A DNA stretch of 64,000 nucleotides from NCBI GenBank assembly GCA_963790475.1, contig CAWBOS010000015.1, forward strand, positions 64,001 through 128,000. The letters run 5' to 3'. The notes beneath the pieces are model-generated. The model had not been told where the DNA came from. It saw only the letters and a program-made list of their open reading frames with translations, and ran no database searches. The DNA is from an uncultured delta proteobacterium. GTDB taxonomy: Bacteria; Desulfobacterota; RBG-13-43-22. Positions 51,488 to 62,225 of the stretch are shown one piece after another (position 1 is the first letter of the stretch; each line of letters opens with the position of its first letter). The translations under genes were made by a program, and so were the position numbers.

Positions 51488-52915
51488 ATGAGGAAATTTT
51501 TGATAATTTATCGACAGGTTTTGTTTTCGTTAATGATTTCAGCCCTTATTTTAATCTTTGGATCCGGCATCTCACAGGCTAAAACAGTCAATGAAAAGAT
51601 TCTGGATATTCTCTTAGAAAGCAAAATCGTTACTCCCGAAAAATACCAGGAGCTCAAGAAGCAGGTCGAGGCGGAAGAGGCTGAGGTTGCCAAAATAAAA
51701 GCCGAGGCCGAGAAGAAGGCTACCGAAGGGGCCAAGATCGATTTTAAACGAGGATTTTCCATCGAATCAGCGGATGGAGAAAATAAGCTTCGTGTGTCGG
51801 GGAGACTGCATGCCGATTATAAGCTATATTTAAACAATAACCCGAGCAACGATTCTTTCTACATTCGTCGGGCCAGACTGGACTTGATGGGGACCCTTGC
51901 TAAACATTACGATTTCTCAGTTGAACCGGAATTCGGCCAGGGCAGCGCCAAGCTGAATGATGCCTTTATGAACATCCATTATATCCCTTATGCCCAGTTG
52001 ATGTTCGGCCAGTTCAAGGTCCCTTTCCTGATGGAAGAACTCCACGCGGATAACTGGATTGATTTCATCGAACGATCCTTAGCCGACAATTTCGCACCCT
52101 CCCGGGATATCGGCCTGATGATCCACGGGAACATAGCCAAGGATCTGGTCTACTATCAAGTGGGTGTCTTTAACGGCCTCAAGCTCAATGTGACTGGTGA
52201 TGTAGATGATCAGAAGGATGTGGCCGGCCGAATCACCGTAGCCCCCTTCGCCCGTCTCGAAAATCCTTTCCTGAAGGATTTTCATATTGGCGGAGCCTTC
52301 ACCACCGGCGTTCAACATACCACCAAACCCAGCACGGACTGGTGGAAAAACGGCTTTAAAACTGCCGGCGGAGCCGGGACCACCTTTTTGCAATTCCAGG
52401 ATACGGTCACCGAGGCTGGAACCCGGACCCGTCTGGGGGCAGAGATGGCCTGGTTGGTCGGACCTGTGTCCCTCAAGTCGGAATATGTGAACCTCCAGCT
52501 AAACGACCTGCGCAACGGCAGCAAAAGCGGAAGCTTCGGTGGTAATGCGGGTTATGTGTCCTTGGGCTGGTTTTTAACCGGAGAGCATGAACCCTGGAGA
52601 AACGGCCTCCCCCAGGCCGTCACCCCCAAACATCCCTTTGTCTTCGGCAAAGGCGGGACCGGCGCCTTTTGGATCGGGGGCCGCTATGAATGGTTGGATA
52701 TGGATAAGGGTCTGCTGACCAACGGTTTCGTGGATGCCACTAAATTTACCAATAGGGCCAGCGGATACAATTTCGGTCTGAACTGGTATCCCAACGAGAT
52801 CGTTCGCTTCATGGTCAATTATACCCACACCAATTTCGATCAGAAAATCAATGTGAGCGGGATAAACATGGATTACGAAGATTTCATGCAGGTCCGATTC
52901 CAGATTGTTTGGTAA
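51488..52915 (+). CDS. OprO/OprP-family anion-selective porin
   Basis: Signal peptide, IRRARL, GQFKVPF..E, FIERS, RDIGL, GLNWYPN, C-terminal RFQIVW. Confidence 0.88.
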   Translation: MRKFLIIYRQVLFSLMISALILIFGSGISQAKTVNEKILDILLESKIVTPEKYQELKKQVEAEEAEVAKIKAEAEKKATEGAKIDFKRGFSIESADGENKLRVSGRLHADYKLYLNNNPSNDSFYIRRARLDLMGTLAKHYDFSVEPEFGQGSAKLNDAFMNIHYIPYAQLMFGQFKVPFLMEELHADNWIDFIERSLADNFAPSRDIGLMIHGNIAKDLVYYQVGVFNGLKLNVTGDVDDQKDVAGRITVAPFARLENPFLKDFHIGGAFTTGVQHTTKPSTDWWKNGFKTAGGAGTTFLQFQDTVTEAGTRTRLGAEMAWLVGPVSLKSEYVNLQLNDLRNGSKSGSFGGNAGYVSLGWFLTGEHEPWRNGLPQAVTPKHPFVFGKGGTGAFWIGGRYEWLDMDKGLLTNGFVDATKFTNRASGYNFGLNWYPNEIVRFMVNYTHTNFDQKINVSGINMDYEDFMQVRFQIVW

Positions 52916-53042
52916 TTTTAGAATTCGTGTCCGTTTAATCTGATAAGAATATTAAAAGAAAACTTTGGAGATTCTCTGCCGTCCGCAAAGGTGGGCAGGG
53001 AATCTCCAAAGGGATTATCGAACGAGGAATGGAATGATAGGC

Positions 53043-53897
53043 ATGAAAAAACTTCTTACCCGTAATTTGGTGGTTCTGTTATTTATGATTCCATGTCTGA
53101 CATTTGCGGCCGAAAAAAGTCCTTTTGTTTTCATGGCCAGCACTATCGGCCCCATCGGTGCCGGGATCGTAACGGTTCTCGAGGATAAATTCGAAAAGGA
53201 AACCGGCATCTGGGTTCGCCATGTCGGGGCGGGAACCGGGGCGGCCTTGAAGATCGGCCAACAGGGAAATGTCGATTTAGTCATGGTCCATGCCAGGTCT
53301 CTCGAAGAAAGATTTATTAAGGACGGATATGGGACAAAACGCATCCCCTTTATGTACAATGACTTTGTCATCCTCGGACCGGCCGCCGACCCGGCCGAGA
53401 TCAAGGGTCTGAAAAGCGCTGGGGAGGCCCTTAGAATGATCGCCGCCCAAGGCCTGCCATTCATTAGCCGCGGGGACAGATCAGGGACCCATCTGGCCGA
53501 GATGGAACTCTGGGAGAAAACCGGCCTTAAACCGGGTGGCCCCTGGTATAAGATTTACGAGAAAGGGAGCGAAGGTAACGCAGCGACACTCAAATACACC
53601 GATCAGCAGGGCGCCTATACCTTCATCGACCGGGCCACTTTCCTCTCCCTCCAGAAGAGTATCAAACTGGTGATCCTGGTGGAAAAAGACGAAGCCCTCT
53701 TGAATTTCATTTCCCTTATTCCGGTAAATCCGGCCAGGTTTCCCAAAGTGCATTACCAGGAGGCTTTGGCCTTTGTCTCCTGGCTGACGGCTCCGGATAA
53801 GGGGCAGTTGATCGTGCGTGATTTCGGAAAAGACAAGTACGGAAGCCCCCTGTTCTTTCCCGATTCACAGGAATGGAAAGCCACCCAGAACAGGTAA
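53043..53897 (+). CDS. Tungstate-binding protein, TupA-like paralog
   Basis: STIGP, GAGTGAAL, MYNDFVILGP..DPA, FISRGDRSGTH, YTFIDRAT. Confidence 0.88.
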   Translation: MKKLLTRNLVVLLFMIPCLTFAAEKSPFVFMASTIGPIGAGIVTVLEDKFEKETGIWVRHVGAGTGAALKIGQQGNVDLVMVHARSLEERFIKDGYGTKRIPFMYNDFVILGPAADPAEIKGLKSAGEALRMIAAQGLPFISRGDRSGTHLAEMELWEKTGLKPGGPWYKIYEKGSEGNAATLKYTDQQGAYTFIDRATFLSLQKSIKLVILVEKDEALLNFISLIPVNPARFPKVHYQEALAFVSWLTAPDKGQLIVRDFGKDKYGSPLFFPDSQEWKATQNR

Positions 53898-53957
53898 TTA
53901 TTGATACAAAAACTATTGATAGCCGAATGGTCTTCCATCGGATCAAAAGGAGAAAAA

Positions 53958-54824
53958 ATGAAAAATATTTTTCTTAAATTCAGTTTAAGGATTACCCTTA
54001 TATTTTTATTGCCGGCATTTTTTCTATCTTCTTCCCTGGCGGCGGAGAAGATGGAAAAGAATATTATCCTGGCCACCACCACCAGCACCCAGGACTCGGG
54101 TCTTCTCGATGTCCTGATCCCGGTTTTTGAAAAGGATACCGGCTATTTCGTCAAAACGATCTCCGTCGGCTCCGGTCAGGCCATGAAGATGGGGGAAAAG
54201 GGGGAGGCCGATGTCCTCCTGGTCCACTCCCCGGAGGCGGAACAGGCCTTTATGGCCCAAGGATTCGGGATCAACCGGATGCTGGTCATGCATAATGACT
54301 TCATTATCGTCGGCCCCCCGGCCGATCCGGCCAAAATCAAAGGCATGAAATCGACCAAGGATGCCTTGAAGCTGATTGCCCAAGCCGGAGCCTTGTTCCT
54401 GTCCCGGGGCGATAATTCCGGAACCCATGCCAAGGAAAAGGGCCTCTGGAAGGCGGCCGGGATTGTTCCGGAGGGCCAGAAATGGTATCAGCAGACCGGA
54501 CTGGGGATGGGTCAAACCCTGAACGTAGCGGCTGAAAAGAAAGGCTATACTCTGACCGACCGGGCCACCTACCTGGCTCTGAAGAAAAACCTGGGTTTGG
54601 AAATCCTGATAGAAGGGGAACCGCTCTTGCTGAATATTTATCATGTCATAGAATTGAACCCCGCTAAATCGCCTAAAATTAACGTGACCGGAGGAAAGGC
54701 CTTTGCCCAGTTCATGGTCTCCAAGAAAACGCAGGAGATCATTTCCAAGTTCGGCGTTGACAAATATGGTTCCCCTTTATTCTTCCCTGATGCCGGCAAG
54801 AAACCGGAATCACTTGGTCTGTAA
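53958..54824 (+). CDS. tupA: Tungstate ABC transporter substrate-binding protein
   Basis: ATTTSTQDSGLL, GEADVLLVH, NDFIIVGP, SRGDNSGTH, YTLTDRATY. Confidence 0.94.
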   Translation: MKNIFLKFSLRITLIFLLPAFFLSSSLAAEKMEKNIILATTTSTQDSGLLDVLIPVFEKDTGYFVKTISVGSGQAMKMGEKGEADVLLVHSPEAEQAFMAQGFGINRMLVMHNDFIIVGPPADPAKIKGMKSTKDALKLIAQAGALFLSRGDNSGTHAKEKGLWKAAGIVPEGQKWYQQTGLGMGQTLNVAAEKKGYTLTDRATYLALKKNLGLEILIEGEPLLLNIYHVIELNPAKSPKINVTGGKAFAQFMVSKKTQEIISKFGVDKYGSPLFFPDAGKKPESLGL

Positions 54825-55522
54825 TGGAACTGATTCTTGACGGGATACTCAAGGCCTTTCAACTCCTGTTCACCTTCAATCCGGAGGTGATGGGGATCAC
54901 CTGGCTCTCGCTTGAGGTTTCCGGAGCGGCCACGTCCATCAGTGTCCTCTTCGGCATCTCGATAGGGGCGGTTGTGGCCTTGAATCATTTCCCAGGGAAA
55001 AGGTTCTTGGTCAGTGTAGTCAACACGGGCATGGGCCTGCCCCCGGTAGTGGTCGGGCTCTTTGTGATGATCTTCCTCTGGCGCAATGGTCCTTTGGGTT
55101 TCCTGGGGATCCTTTATACCCCGGCGGCGATGATCATTGCCCAGGCGACCATCGCCTCGCCGATCGTTATGGGCCTGACCATCGCCGCCATTCAAAACCT
55201 TCCCCCAAAACTGCGACTTCAGATCCTTTCCCTCGGGGCCACACGGCTACAGATGGTCTGGTTTCTCCTGCGGGAAGCGCGACTTCCCCTCCTGGCGGCC
55301 ATCATGGCCGGGTTCGGCGGGGTCATTTCCGAAGTCGGGGCTTCCATCATGGTCGGTGGCAATATCAAAGGATATTCCCGGGTCCTGACCACGGCAACGG
55401 TCATGGAATCCGGTATGGGGAATTTTGATATGGCCATCGCCTTGGGGATCATCCTCCTCCTGCTCACCTTTCTGGTGAACTACCTCCTTACCGTTATTCA
55501 ACAGCGGGAAAGGCCCCGATGA
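54824..55522 (+). CDS. tupB: Tungstate ABC transporter permease
   Basis: MGLPPVVVGL, SEVGASIMVGGNIKG..RVLTTA. Confidence 0.94.
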   Translation: MELILDGILKAFQLLFTFNPEVMGITWLSLEVSGAATSISVLFGISIGAVVALNHFPGKRFLVSVVNTGMGLPPVVVGLFVMIFLWRNGPLGFLGILYTPAAMIIAQATIASPIVMGLTIAAIQNLPPKLRLQILSLGATRLQMVWFLLREARLPLLAAIMAGFGGVISEVGASIMVGGNIKGYSRVLTTATVMESGMGNFDMAIALGIILLLLTFLVNYLLTVIQQRERPR

Positions 55523-56616
55523 ATCAGTCTCCCCAAGTTATTGAAGCGGATAATCTCCGGGTGATTCGGGGGCGGGTAGAGGTCCTCGACATCCCATCTT
55601 TTAGGCTGGCCGAGCGGGAGATCCTTTCCCTGATCGGACCCAACGGGAGCGGTAAATCCTCTCTCCTGCTGACCCTCAACGGGCTGCTGAAACCGATCTC
55701 CGGCCGGATTCTCTTTCGGGGCCGAGAAATCGGTCCTGACCAGGAAGTATTGGATTACCGGCGCAGGATCGCCCTGGTTTTTCAGGAACCCCTATTGTTC
55801 GATACCACGGTTTTCAACAATGTTGCTTCAGGTCTGAAATTCAGAGGGATGCCCCGGGAGGAAATCCGAACCAGGGTCATGGAAGGACTGGAACGGTTCA
55901 GCATTGCCCATCTGGCCGGCCGCTCGGCCCGCAAATTATCCGGAGGGGAAGCCCAACGCACCTCCCTGGCCCGGGCCCTGGCCACCGGTCCGGAAGTCCT
56001 ATTCCTCGATGAGCCTTTCGCCGCCCTGGACCCCCCGACCAGGCAGTCCATCATACAGGACATGGAAAAAATAATCCGCGAGACCGGGACTGCCGTCGTG
56101 CTCGTCACTCATGACGAATCCGAGGCCTTGAGACTGTCTGACCGGATCATGGTGCTCAATGGAGGAAGGATTGTTCAGTCCGGTTCTCCGGACGAAATCA
56201 TGAATCGCCCGGTCAACCGGTTTGTAGCGGAATTTGTGGGAATGGAAAGTATCATACCGGGAACGGTTCTGAAAAACAGAGAGGGGGCCGTCTTTATCTC
56301 GGTTAACGGGGGCGACATAGAGGCCTTTGGAGATCTGCCGCCAGGGGAAAAAGTGTATTGTGGGATCCGACCGGAAAACGTGGACATTGATCTCGACGAT
56401 ATTAAGGAATTAAAAAATTACGAGAATGTTTTCCTGGGAAAAATCACCGGGATCATCTCCATCGGTCCGTTTCTTAAAATTACCCTGGACTGCGGTTTTC
56501 CCCTGGTTGCTTACCTGCCACAGAGAACATTTCCCGGTTTAAAACTGACCATTGGAAGACAAGTCGCGGCCTCATTCAAGGCGGCTGCCGTTCATCTTAT
56601 TTCCGACCAGACCTGA
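55519..56616 (+). CDS. tupC: Tungstate ABC transporter ATPase with TOBE-like domain
   Basis: GPNGSGKS, LSGGEAQR, FLDEPF; C-terminal V.ASFKA.AVH. Confidence 0.9.
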   Translation: MNQSPQVIEADNLRVIRGRVEVLDIPSFRLAEREILSLIGPNGSGKSSLLLTLNGLLKPISGRILFRGREIGPDQEVLDYRRRIALVFQEPLLFDTTVFNNVASGLKFRGMPREEIRTRVMEGLERFSIAHLAGRSARKLSGGEAQRTSLARALATGPEVLFLDEPFAALDPPTRQSIIQDMEKIIRETGTAVVLVTHDESEALRLSDRIMVLNGGRIVQSGSPDEIMNRPVNRFVAEFVGMESIIPGTVLKNREGAVFISVNGGDIEAFGDLPPGEKVYCGIRPENVDIDLDDIKELKNYENVFLGKITGIISIGPFLKITLDCGFPLVAYLPQRTFPGLKLTIGRQVAASFKAAAVHLISDQT

Positions 56617-56745
56617 GCTTTAGATAAAATATTCTATTGTACAGATTCTTTACCAAAAGCCCCAATCGCGGTAAGCTGCCTCCCTTTTATCTTCAAAATC
56701 AATCCTGCCGGACCCAACCGGACCAGGGCGAAATGGCGGGTGAGC

Positions 56746-57798
56746 CTATTCACTTGGTGGCAACAGCGGGACTTTGAGGGCGTCGTCAGGTATTCGTCCG
56801 GTCAAGGATTTTAAGAAAAAAACAATATCTTCCACCTGTTGGTTTGCGAGATTTTTTGCCAGCTGAACTTTGCCCATAATCCAGACGGCGTCAGGCAAAC
56901 GATCGACAGAGCCGTCATGAAAATAGGGGGACGTCATTTCAACGTTTCTTAACACAGGGACTTTAAACACATACTTGTCGCTTTCATTTTTGGTAACCAT
57001 ATATCTTCCATCGTCAACATCTTTGCTTTTGGTATACTGCCAGTAGGGTTCAAATATACCAAACTTCCGGTACATCTTGTCGCCCACATAGACGCTTGAA
57101 TGGCAGGTGATACAGCCTGTTTCGATGAACGTTCTAAGCCCCCTTTTTTGAGGGGCGGTGAGTGCGGTCTGATTCCCCTTTACAAATACGTCGAAAGGAG
57201 AAGGAGTGACTAGTGTTCTTTCAAAGGCACCCACTGCCTTGGCGTAATTATCAACGTTCACCGGATCCTTTGCTCCCGGGAAGGCCTTCTCGAATAAGCG
57301 GGCATATCCTTTTATTTCCTTGAGTTTCTTCTCCACGGCCTCATAAGACGGCATACCGAAAGAGGGCTCCCCGATCACCGCCTGTTTGGCCTGGTCTTCC
57401 ACGTCCATACGATTTCCTATCCAATGCTCTGAAATCTGGTCTGCCGCATTGAAAACGGTAGGAGCGTTCCTGGGATTTAGCCGGCAATTAGCTCCGATAG
57501 ACTTCTTTAACCCGTCAGCCGCATACAAACCGATAGGATGGCAACTCGCACAGCTGACTTTTCCGTTCAGGGAGATCCGGGTTTCATAAAAAAGTATTTT
57601 TCCGAGAGTAACCTTTTCAGGGGTAATAGGATTTTTCTCCGATATCATTGCCTTTGGCAAAGGGCCGAAAATTTGTTTGGCCTGGGTTAGCAAGGCTTCA
57701 TTTCTATTACCGGCTAATGCCAGTCCGGTAAAGGATAAAACTGAGAGAATAAAAAGGACTTTGATGCTCACTTCACTTCTTCCCTTGATCCCAGCCAT
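56746..57798 (-). CDS. Di-heme cytochrome c peroxidase
   Basis: CASCH and CITCH heme motifs, RNAPTVFNA, FKVPVLRNV..T.PYFHDGS. Confidence 0.93.
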   Translation of the reverse strand: MAGIKGRSEVSIKVLFILSVLSFTGLALAGNRNEALLTQAKQIFGPLPKAMISEKNPITPEKVTLGKILFYETRISLNGKVSCASCHPIGLYAADGLKKSIGANCRLNPRNAPTVFNAADQISEHWIGNRMDVEDQAKQAVIGEPSFGMPSYEAVEKKLKEIKGYARLFEKAFPGAKDPVNVDNYAKAVGAFERTLVTPSPFDVFVKGNQTALTAPQKRGLRTFIETGCITCHSSVYVGDKMYRKFGIFEPYWQYTKSKDVDDGRYMVTKNESDKYVFKVPVLRNVEMTSPYFHDGSVDRLPDAVWIMGKVQLAKNLANQQVEDIVFFLKSLTGRIPDDALKVPLLPPSE

Positions 57799-58087
57799 GG
57801 CAACCTCCTTCCTTGTAACAGAGTATTATCAAAAGTTTTTAAAGTCCTTTATCTAATTAAATTACCAGCAGTCCTTTAGAAGTTTAATAGGGTAACCATT
57901 GTATTTTATTGCTCCATAGGCCGTATTTTTATTGCCAGTCTGGCTCAAGACTCCAAGAGGCTTCGACACGATATTGTATAGGCGGAATCCCTGCCAAAAA
58001 CTAAAGCCCTCGAACTTCCCATAGACCACTCGGACTCCCGGAGAACTTTCCTATGGGGAAGCCTTGTTCGCGATCCAGGTCTATCTG

Positions 58088-58096
58088 TGGTATAAT
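58088..58096 (+). promoter_or_regulatory. Extended -10 promoter of polX
   Basis: TGGTATAAT about 55 nt upstream of the start; RBS GGAGG. Confidence 0.55.
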
Positions 58097-58149
58097 AAGA
58101 AAAATAAAAATTTCCCCTTTCAGCCGGAACCTCTTTTGCGGGAGGCCTT

Positions 58150-59895
58150 ATGAAAAACCAGTCAATCGCCCAAATATTTAATGAAATGGCCGAGCTTCTT
58201 GACCTCAAGGGAGAGAACGTCTTCCGGGTAAGGGCCTACCGCCGGGCGGCCCAAAATATCGACGGTCTTTCCAAGGATGTAGCCGCCTTTACCCGGGAGG
58301 ATTTGGAATCGATACCCGGAATAGGCAAAGACCTGGCCGGTAAGATTCAGGAATATCTGGACACCGGGAAGATTACCCAGCACGAAGAGCTGAAAAAACA
58401 GATTCCCCACGGAGTTCTTGAGCTGCTTCGCATCCCCGGGTTGGGGCCGAAGACGTCGATGATGCTCTATGAAGAAAAAAAGATTAAGAACATTGACGAA
58501 TTGGAAGCCCTTACCCGCGCCGGGCGATTGGCCGGCCTGCCGGGCATTCAAAAAAAAACCGAAGAGAATATTTTGAAAGGCATCGAGCAGATCAAGCACG
58601 GAACGGAACGACGGCCCCTGGGCAGGGTTTTGCCTTTAGCCGAGGACATCGTCGACCGAGTCAGGGGAAAAGCACCGGTGGACCGGATCATAGTGGCCGG
58701 GAGCATCAGGCGGCGGAAGGAAACCGTCAATGACATCGACATCCTGGCCACCTCGAAAAAGCCCGAAAAGGTCATGGAGTTCTTTGTCAAACTCCCTCAA
58801 GTAGCTCGGGTCCTGATGCACGGGCCAACTAAATCCTCCGTCATAATTGACGAAGGAATACAGGTGGACCTGAGGATTGTGGAGGAGGCCTCCTATGGTG
58901 CGGCCCTCCAGTACTTCACCGGAAGTAAACAGCACAACATCAAACTGCGCGAGATGGCCGTCCGGGCGGGACTCAAGATTAATGAGTACGGAGTGTTTCA
59001 GGAGCCCGGGGACAAAAAGATCGGCGGGAAAAGGGAAGAGGATGTCTACCGGGCGCTCAAAATGCCTCTCATCCCGGCCGAACTTCGGGAAGACACCGGA
59101 GAGATCGAAGCGGCCCTGGAGGGAAAACTTCCCGACCTGGTGTCGATCGAAGACATCAAAGGAGACCTCCACGTTCACACCAAGTGGTCCGACGGAAGCC
59201 ACACCCTGGAGGCCATTATCCAGGGTGCCCGGGAAAAAGGCTACCAATACATCGCCGTCACCGATCATACCAAAGGGCTGGGTGTGGCCCACGGTCTGGA
59301 TCAAACAAGGCTGGCCGAGGAGATCAGGGCCATCGACGAAGCCAATAAGAAATTAAGCGGCTTTAAAATACTAAAGGGAACGGAGGTGGACATCAGGTCT
59401 GACGGCAGTCTCGATTTGTCCGATGAAGCCCTGTCCGGGCTGGATATCGTGGTGGCCTCCATCCACTCGGGTTTCAAGCAATCCCGGGAACAAATTACCG
59501 GGCGGGTGCTGTCAGCCATCCGCAATCCCTGCGTGAGCATCATCGCCCATCCCACCGGCCGACTGATCGGCGAGCGCGACGCCTATGCCATCGACCTGGA
59601 AGCGGTGCTTAAAGAAGCGGCCCGTTACGGAGTGGCCATGGAGATCAACGCCTATCCTCTCCGGCTTGACCTGAACGACCTGCACCTGAAAATGGCCAAG
59701 GGCTACGGCGTATCTTTGGCCATCAACACCGATACCCATGTACTCGATCAATACAATTTTATGACCTATGGGGTGTCCGTGGCCCGAAGAGGATGGGTGG
59801 AGAAAAAAGACGTCCTCAACGCCCTGGATGTTGATTCACTCATCAGGAGGCTCAAATCGTGCCGGACCGGAAAGGCCAGACAGGGCAAACGATAG
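58150..59895 (+). CDS. polX: DNA polymerase/3'-5' exonuclease PolX
   Basis: [36 protein letters not shown] domain GDLHVHT, TDH, AHPTGR, NTDTH. Confidence 0.96.
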   Translation: MKNQSIAQIFNEMAELLDLKGENVFRVRAYRRAAQNIDGLSKDVAAFTREDLESIPGIGKDLAGKIQEYLDTGKITQHEELKKQIPHGVLELLRIPGLGPKTSMMLYEEKKIKNIDELEALTRAGRLAGLPGIQKKTEENILKGIEQIKHGTERRPLGRVLPLAEDIVDRVRGKAPVDRIIVAGSIRRRKETVNDIDILATSKKPEKVMEFFVKLPQVARVLMHGPTKSSVIIDEGIQVDLRIVEEASYGAALQYFTGSKQHNIKLREMAVRAGLKINEYGVFQEPGDKKIGGKREEDVYRALKMPLIPAELREDTGEIEAALEGKLPDLVSIEDIKGDLHVHTKWSDGSHTLEAIIQGAREKGYQYIAVTDHTKGLGVAHGLDQTRLAEEIRAIDEANKKLSGFKILKGTEVDIRSDGSLDLSDEALSGLDIVVASIHSGFKQSREQITGRVLSAIRNPCVSIIAHPTGRLIGERDAYAIDLEAVLKEAARYGVAMEINAYPLRLDLNDLHLKMAKGYGVSLAINTDTHVLDQYNFMTYGVSVARRGWVEKKDVLNALDVDSLIRRLKSCRTGKARQGKR

Positions 59896-59914
59896 GTGGT
59901 TTCCGGGCTTGCGG

Positions 59915-60562
59915 TTAAGTCCTGAAAAGACGACGCTCCTTCTCTCTGATGAGTTCCATCAATTCCCGGGCATTCTTGGGGGCATAGCCGTAAGCGTCGT
60001 TATTGAAATACATAAAGACCTCCTTGCCGTCCCGGATATAACCCCTTATCCGCCGGGTATCTTTTCTTAAAGCCTTCAGGGAATAGTCCGCGGCATAACT
60101 TCCCCCTGCCCCATGGCGTCTGAGATAGACAAAGTCAGAGGTGACCGGCAAGTCATCGATAAAATCCGGCCAATCGGCCATACAAAGGTTTATATTATGT
60201 CCTTGACAGAGGGTAATAACCTCGGCCCTTATCCAGCTTTCGTGACGAAATTCGAGGGTATTTCTGACTGGATATTTTTCAAAAAACCGCTCAAGAGGTT
60301 CTTCCACTTCCGTCAGTCTTTTGATATGGGTGATATACCGGCTCCCCTTGAGAGAAAAGGCAAATCCCGGGGGTGTCTGATCACCCCATTTGATAAAGGT
60401 ACTTAACAGAGGCAGCCGATAAAAGGTCACATTCAATTCCACGGTGGAGAAGATGGTGCTGTAGTATTCTAACCATCTCCGCTGGGGTAAATCGCGGGGA
60501 TAAAAGTTTTCCTTCCAATCTCGGTAGCTAAAGCCGCTGCAGCCGATCCATGGTTGGGCCAT
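59915..60562 (-). CDS. DUF72 domain protein, apparently with an in-frame internal deletion
   Basis: IGCSGFSY..W...FYP, TVELNVTFY, EFRHESW, YLRRHG, YFNND. The L.Q.PP segment is missing. Confidence 0.85.
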   Translation of the reverse strand: MAQPWIGCSGFSYRDWKENFYPRDLPQRRWLEYYSTIFSTVELNVTFYRLPLLSTFIKWGDQTPPGFAFSLKGSRYITHIKRLTEVEEPLERFFEKYPVRNTLEFRHESWIRAEVITLCQGHNINLCMADWPDFIDDLPVTSDFVYLRRHGAGGSYAADYSLKALRKDTRRIRGYIRDGKEVFMYFNNDAYGYAPKNARELMELIREKERRLFRT

Positions 60563-60746
60563 GAATGAATTGTATCATATCGTTAAAAATTCTCATCAAG
60601 AAATTCCTTGCCCCAGACACAAAATTAAGGCCTGGCGGATCTTATTCCTTGTGCCCATAGCGGCCGAACCCCGAATAGAGACATCTCCTCCCTCCTGCTT
60701 ACTCCGGTCAACCTAAAAAAATTTCCTCTTTTTATCCTGTTTTCTC

Positions 60747-60775
60747 TTGACCCCTCTTGACCCCCCATTTATACT
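60747..60775 (+). promoter_or_regulatory. Sigma70-type promoter
   Basis: TTGACC-17 nt-TATACT upstream of 60911. Confidence 0.5.
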
Positions 60776-60910
60776 TTTTATATTTCGGCCCTGAGCAGCG
60801 CCTGGCAGCATGAAAATATTTACAGTGAACTCCGAACTTTATTCTAGTGTTGAGATCTTTTCTTTACCAATGAACTTCGATCCCCTTTATACATCAGTTT
60901 CCACCAGGCC

Positions 60911-62002
60911 ATGAAACTCGACACCAAAGTTCTGGTAGTCGGCGGCGGGCCGGCAGGAGCCACGGCGGGCCGGTTGCTCGCTGGAAGCGGAAAGGAAATT
61001 ATCCTTCTGGAGGGAAATCTCTCCTATGACAAACCTTGCGGTGGAGGAATTCCTCTCAACATCTTCGACGAATTTAACCTCTCCAAGACTTCAATAAAAA
61101 GGGAAGTCCACGGCCTCCGAATCGTATCTCCCCGGGGGAATAGGGTTGAGATTAATCTGAAGGATCATAGCCTGGCCATTGTCGAGCGGAGGGAATTTGA
61201 TAAAGCCCTCCGCCAAGGGGCGGAGGCCCAAGGTGCCAGGATCATCGAAGGGAAATTTCTCCGGGTTGTGGATGATAAGAAATGCAGGGTTGAAGCTCTT
61301 ATCGGTAAAGAAAAGGTTGAAATCGTTTCCGAATATATCATTGCCGCCGATGGTGTGAATTCCAGAGTCAGGACCTCCCTGGGAATCAAACCTCTTTCGA
61401 CTCTGCTGACCATCTCGGAAAGGGTTCCCGGTCCGGACCTTGATTATTGTGAATTCTGGTTTGGTTCTTCCCGGTCGCCTTATTCCTATTCCTGGGTGTT
61501 TCCGGCCGGGAACGGTCTTTCCATCGGAACGGGTGTTTTTGAACCGAAAAAAATCAATGGCCTGTTTCAACAATTCAAGGTGCGGGCCGGCCTGGTTTCT
61601 CAGGGGAAAAGGAAAGTATATCCGATCCCGGCCTGGGAAGGAGAGCTCTACAACAAAAACAGGATCCTTTTTGCCGGAGATTCGGCCGGACAGGTATTGC
61701 CCCTCTCTTATGAAGGCATTTATTATGCCCTGAAGGCCGGAGAAATGGCCGCCAGGGCGATTCTGGAAGAAAAAGTTGGAAATTATAAAAAAATGTGGAA
61801 AAGCCGTTTTCAAAAAAGATTTATTCTTATGAATAAACTTAATACCTATTTTTTAAAAGACGATAACCACGCTGAAAAACTAATTGCTTTGCATAGAAGA
61901 CCGGAAGTGCAGGAGGCCTCCTTGTTGCTTTGGCTCAGGAAGGACAAAAGCAGACAAAGCCTTATGCACTATCTGAAACTCTTTGGAAAGTTTTTACACT
62001 AG
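60911..62002 (+). CDS. Geranylgeranyl reductase family flavoprotein
   Basis: VVGGGPAGA, KPCGGGI, RREFD..L, AADGVNS, YSWVFP, GDSAG...P...EGIYYA. Confidence 0.92.
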   Translation: MKLDTKVLVVGGGPAGATAGRLLAGSGKEIILLEGNLSYDKPCGGGIPLNIFDEFNLSKTSIKREVHGLRIVSPRGNRVEINLKDHSLAIVERREFDKALRQGAEAQGARIIEGKFLRVVDDKKCRVEALIGKEKVEIVSEYIIAADGVNSRVRTSLGIKPLSTLLTISERVPGPDLDYCEFWFGSSRSPYSYSWVFPAGNGLSIGTGVFEPKKINGLFQQFKVRAGLVSQGKRKVYPIPAWEGELYNKNRILFAGDSAGQVLPLSYEGIYYALKAGEMAARAILEEKVGNYKKMWKSRFQKRFILMNKLNTYFLKDDNHAEKLIALHRRPEVQEASLLLWLRKDKSRQSLMHYLKLFGKFLH

Positions 62003-62068
62003 GGGTGATTGGGAAGGGGCGGGAAAAAACAATAAAAGGTAAAGGCAGGTGCGGATAGGGAAGATGCT

Positions 62069-62221
62069 GAGACCTTTGCAAAATGTTCAATTTTGTCCAA
62101 GGTCGAGAAAGACGATCCCGCCCTGGCGGGATTAACCACAGTAATACATTTAGTATTTCGAGGATTAAAATTTGAGTCTGACGCAGAGATTGGCCAAAAG
62201 GGGGCGTTTTTCAAAGGTCTC
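62069..62221. mobile_element. MITE-like element, copy 2 (about 153 bp)
   Basis: TIRs GAGACCTTTGCAAAA ... TTTTTCAAAGGTCTC; internal ATCCCGCC-CT-GGCGGGAT hairpin. Confidence 0.87.
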
Positions 62222-62225
62222 AGGG

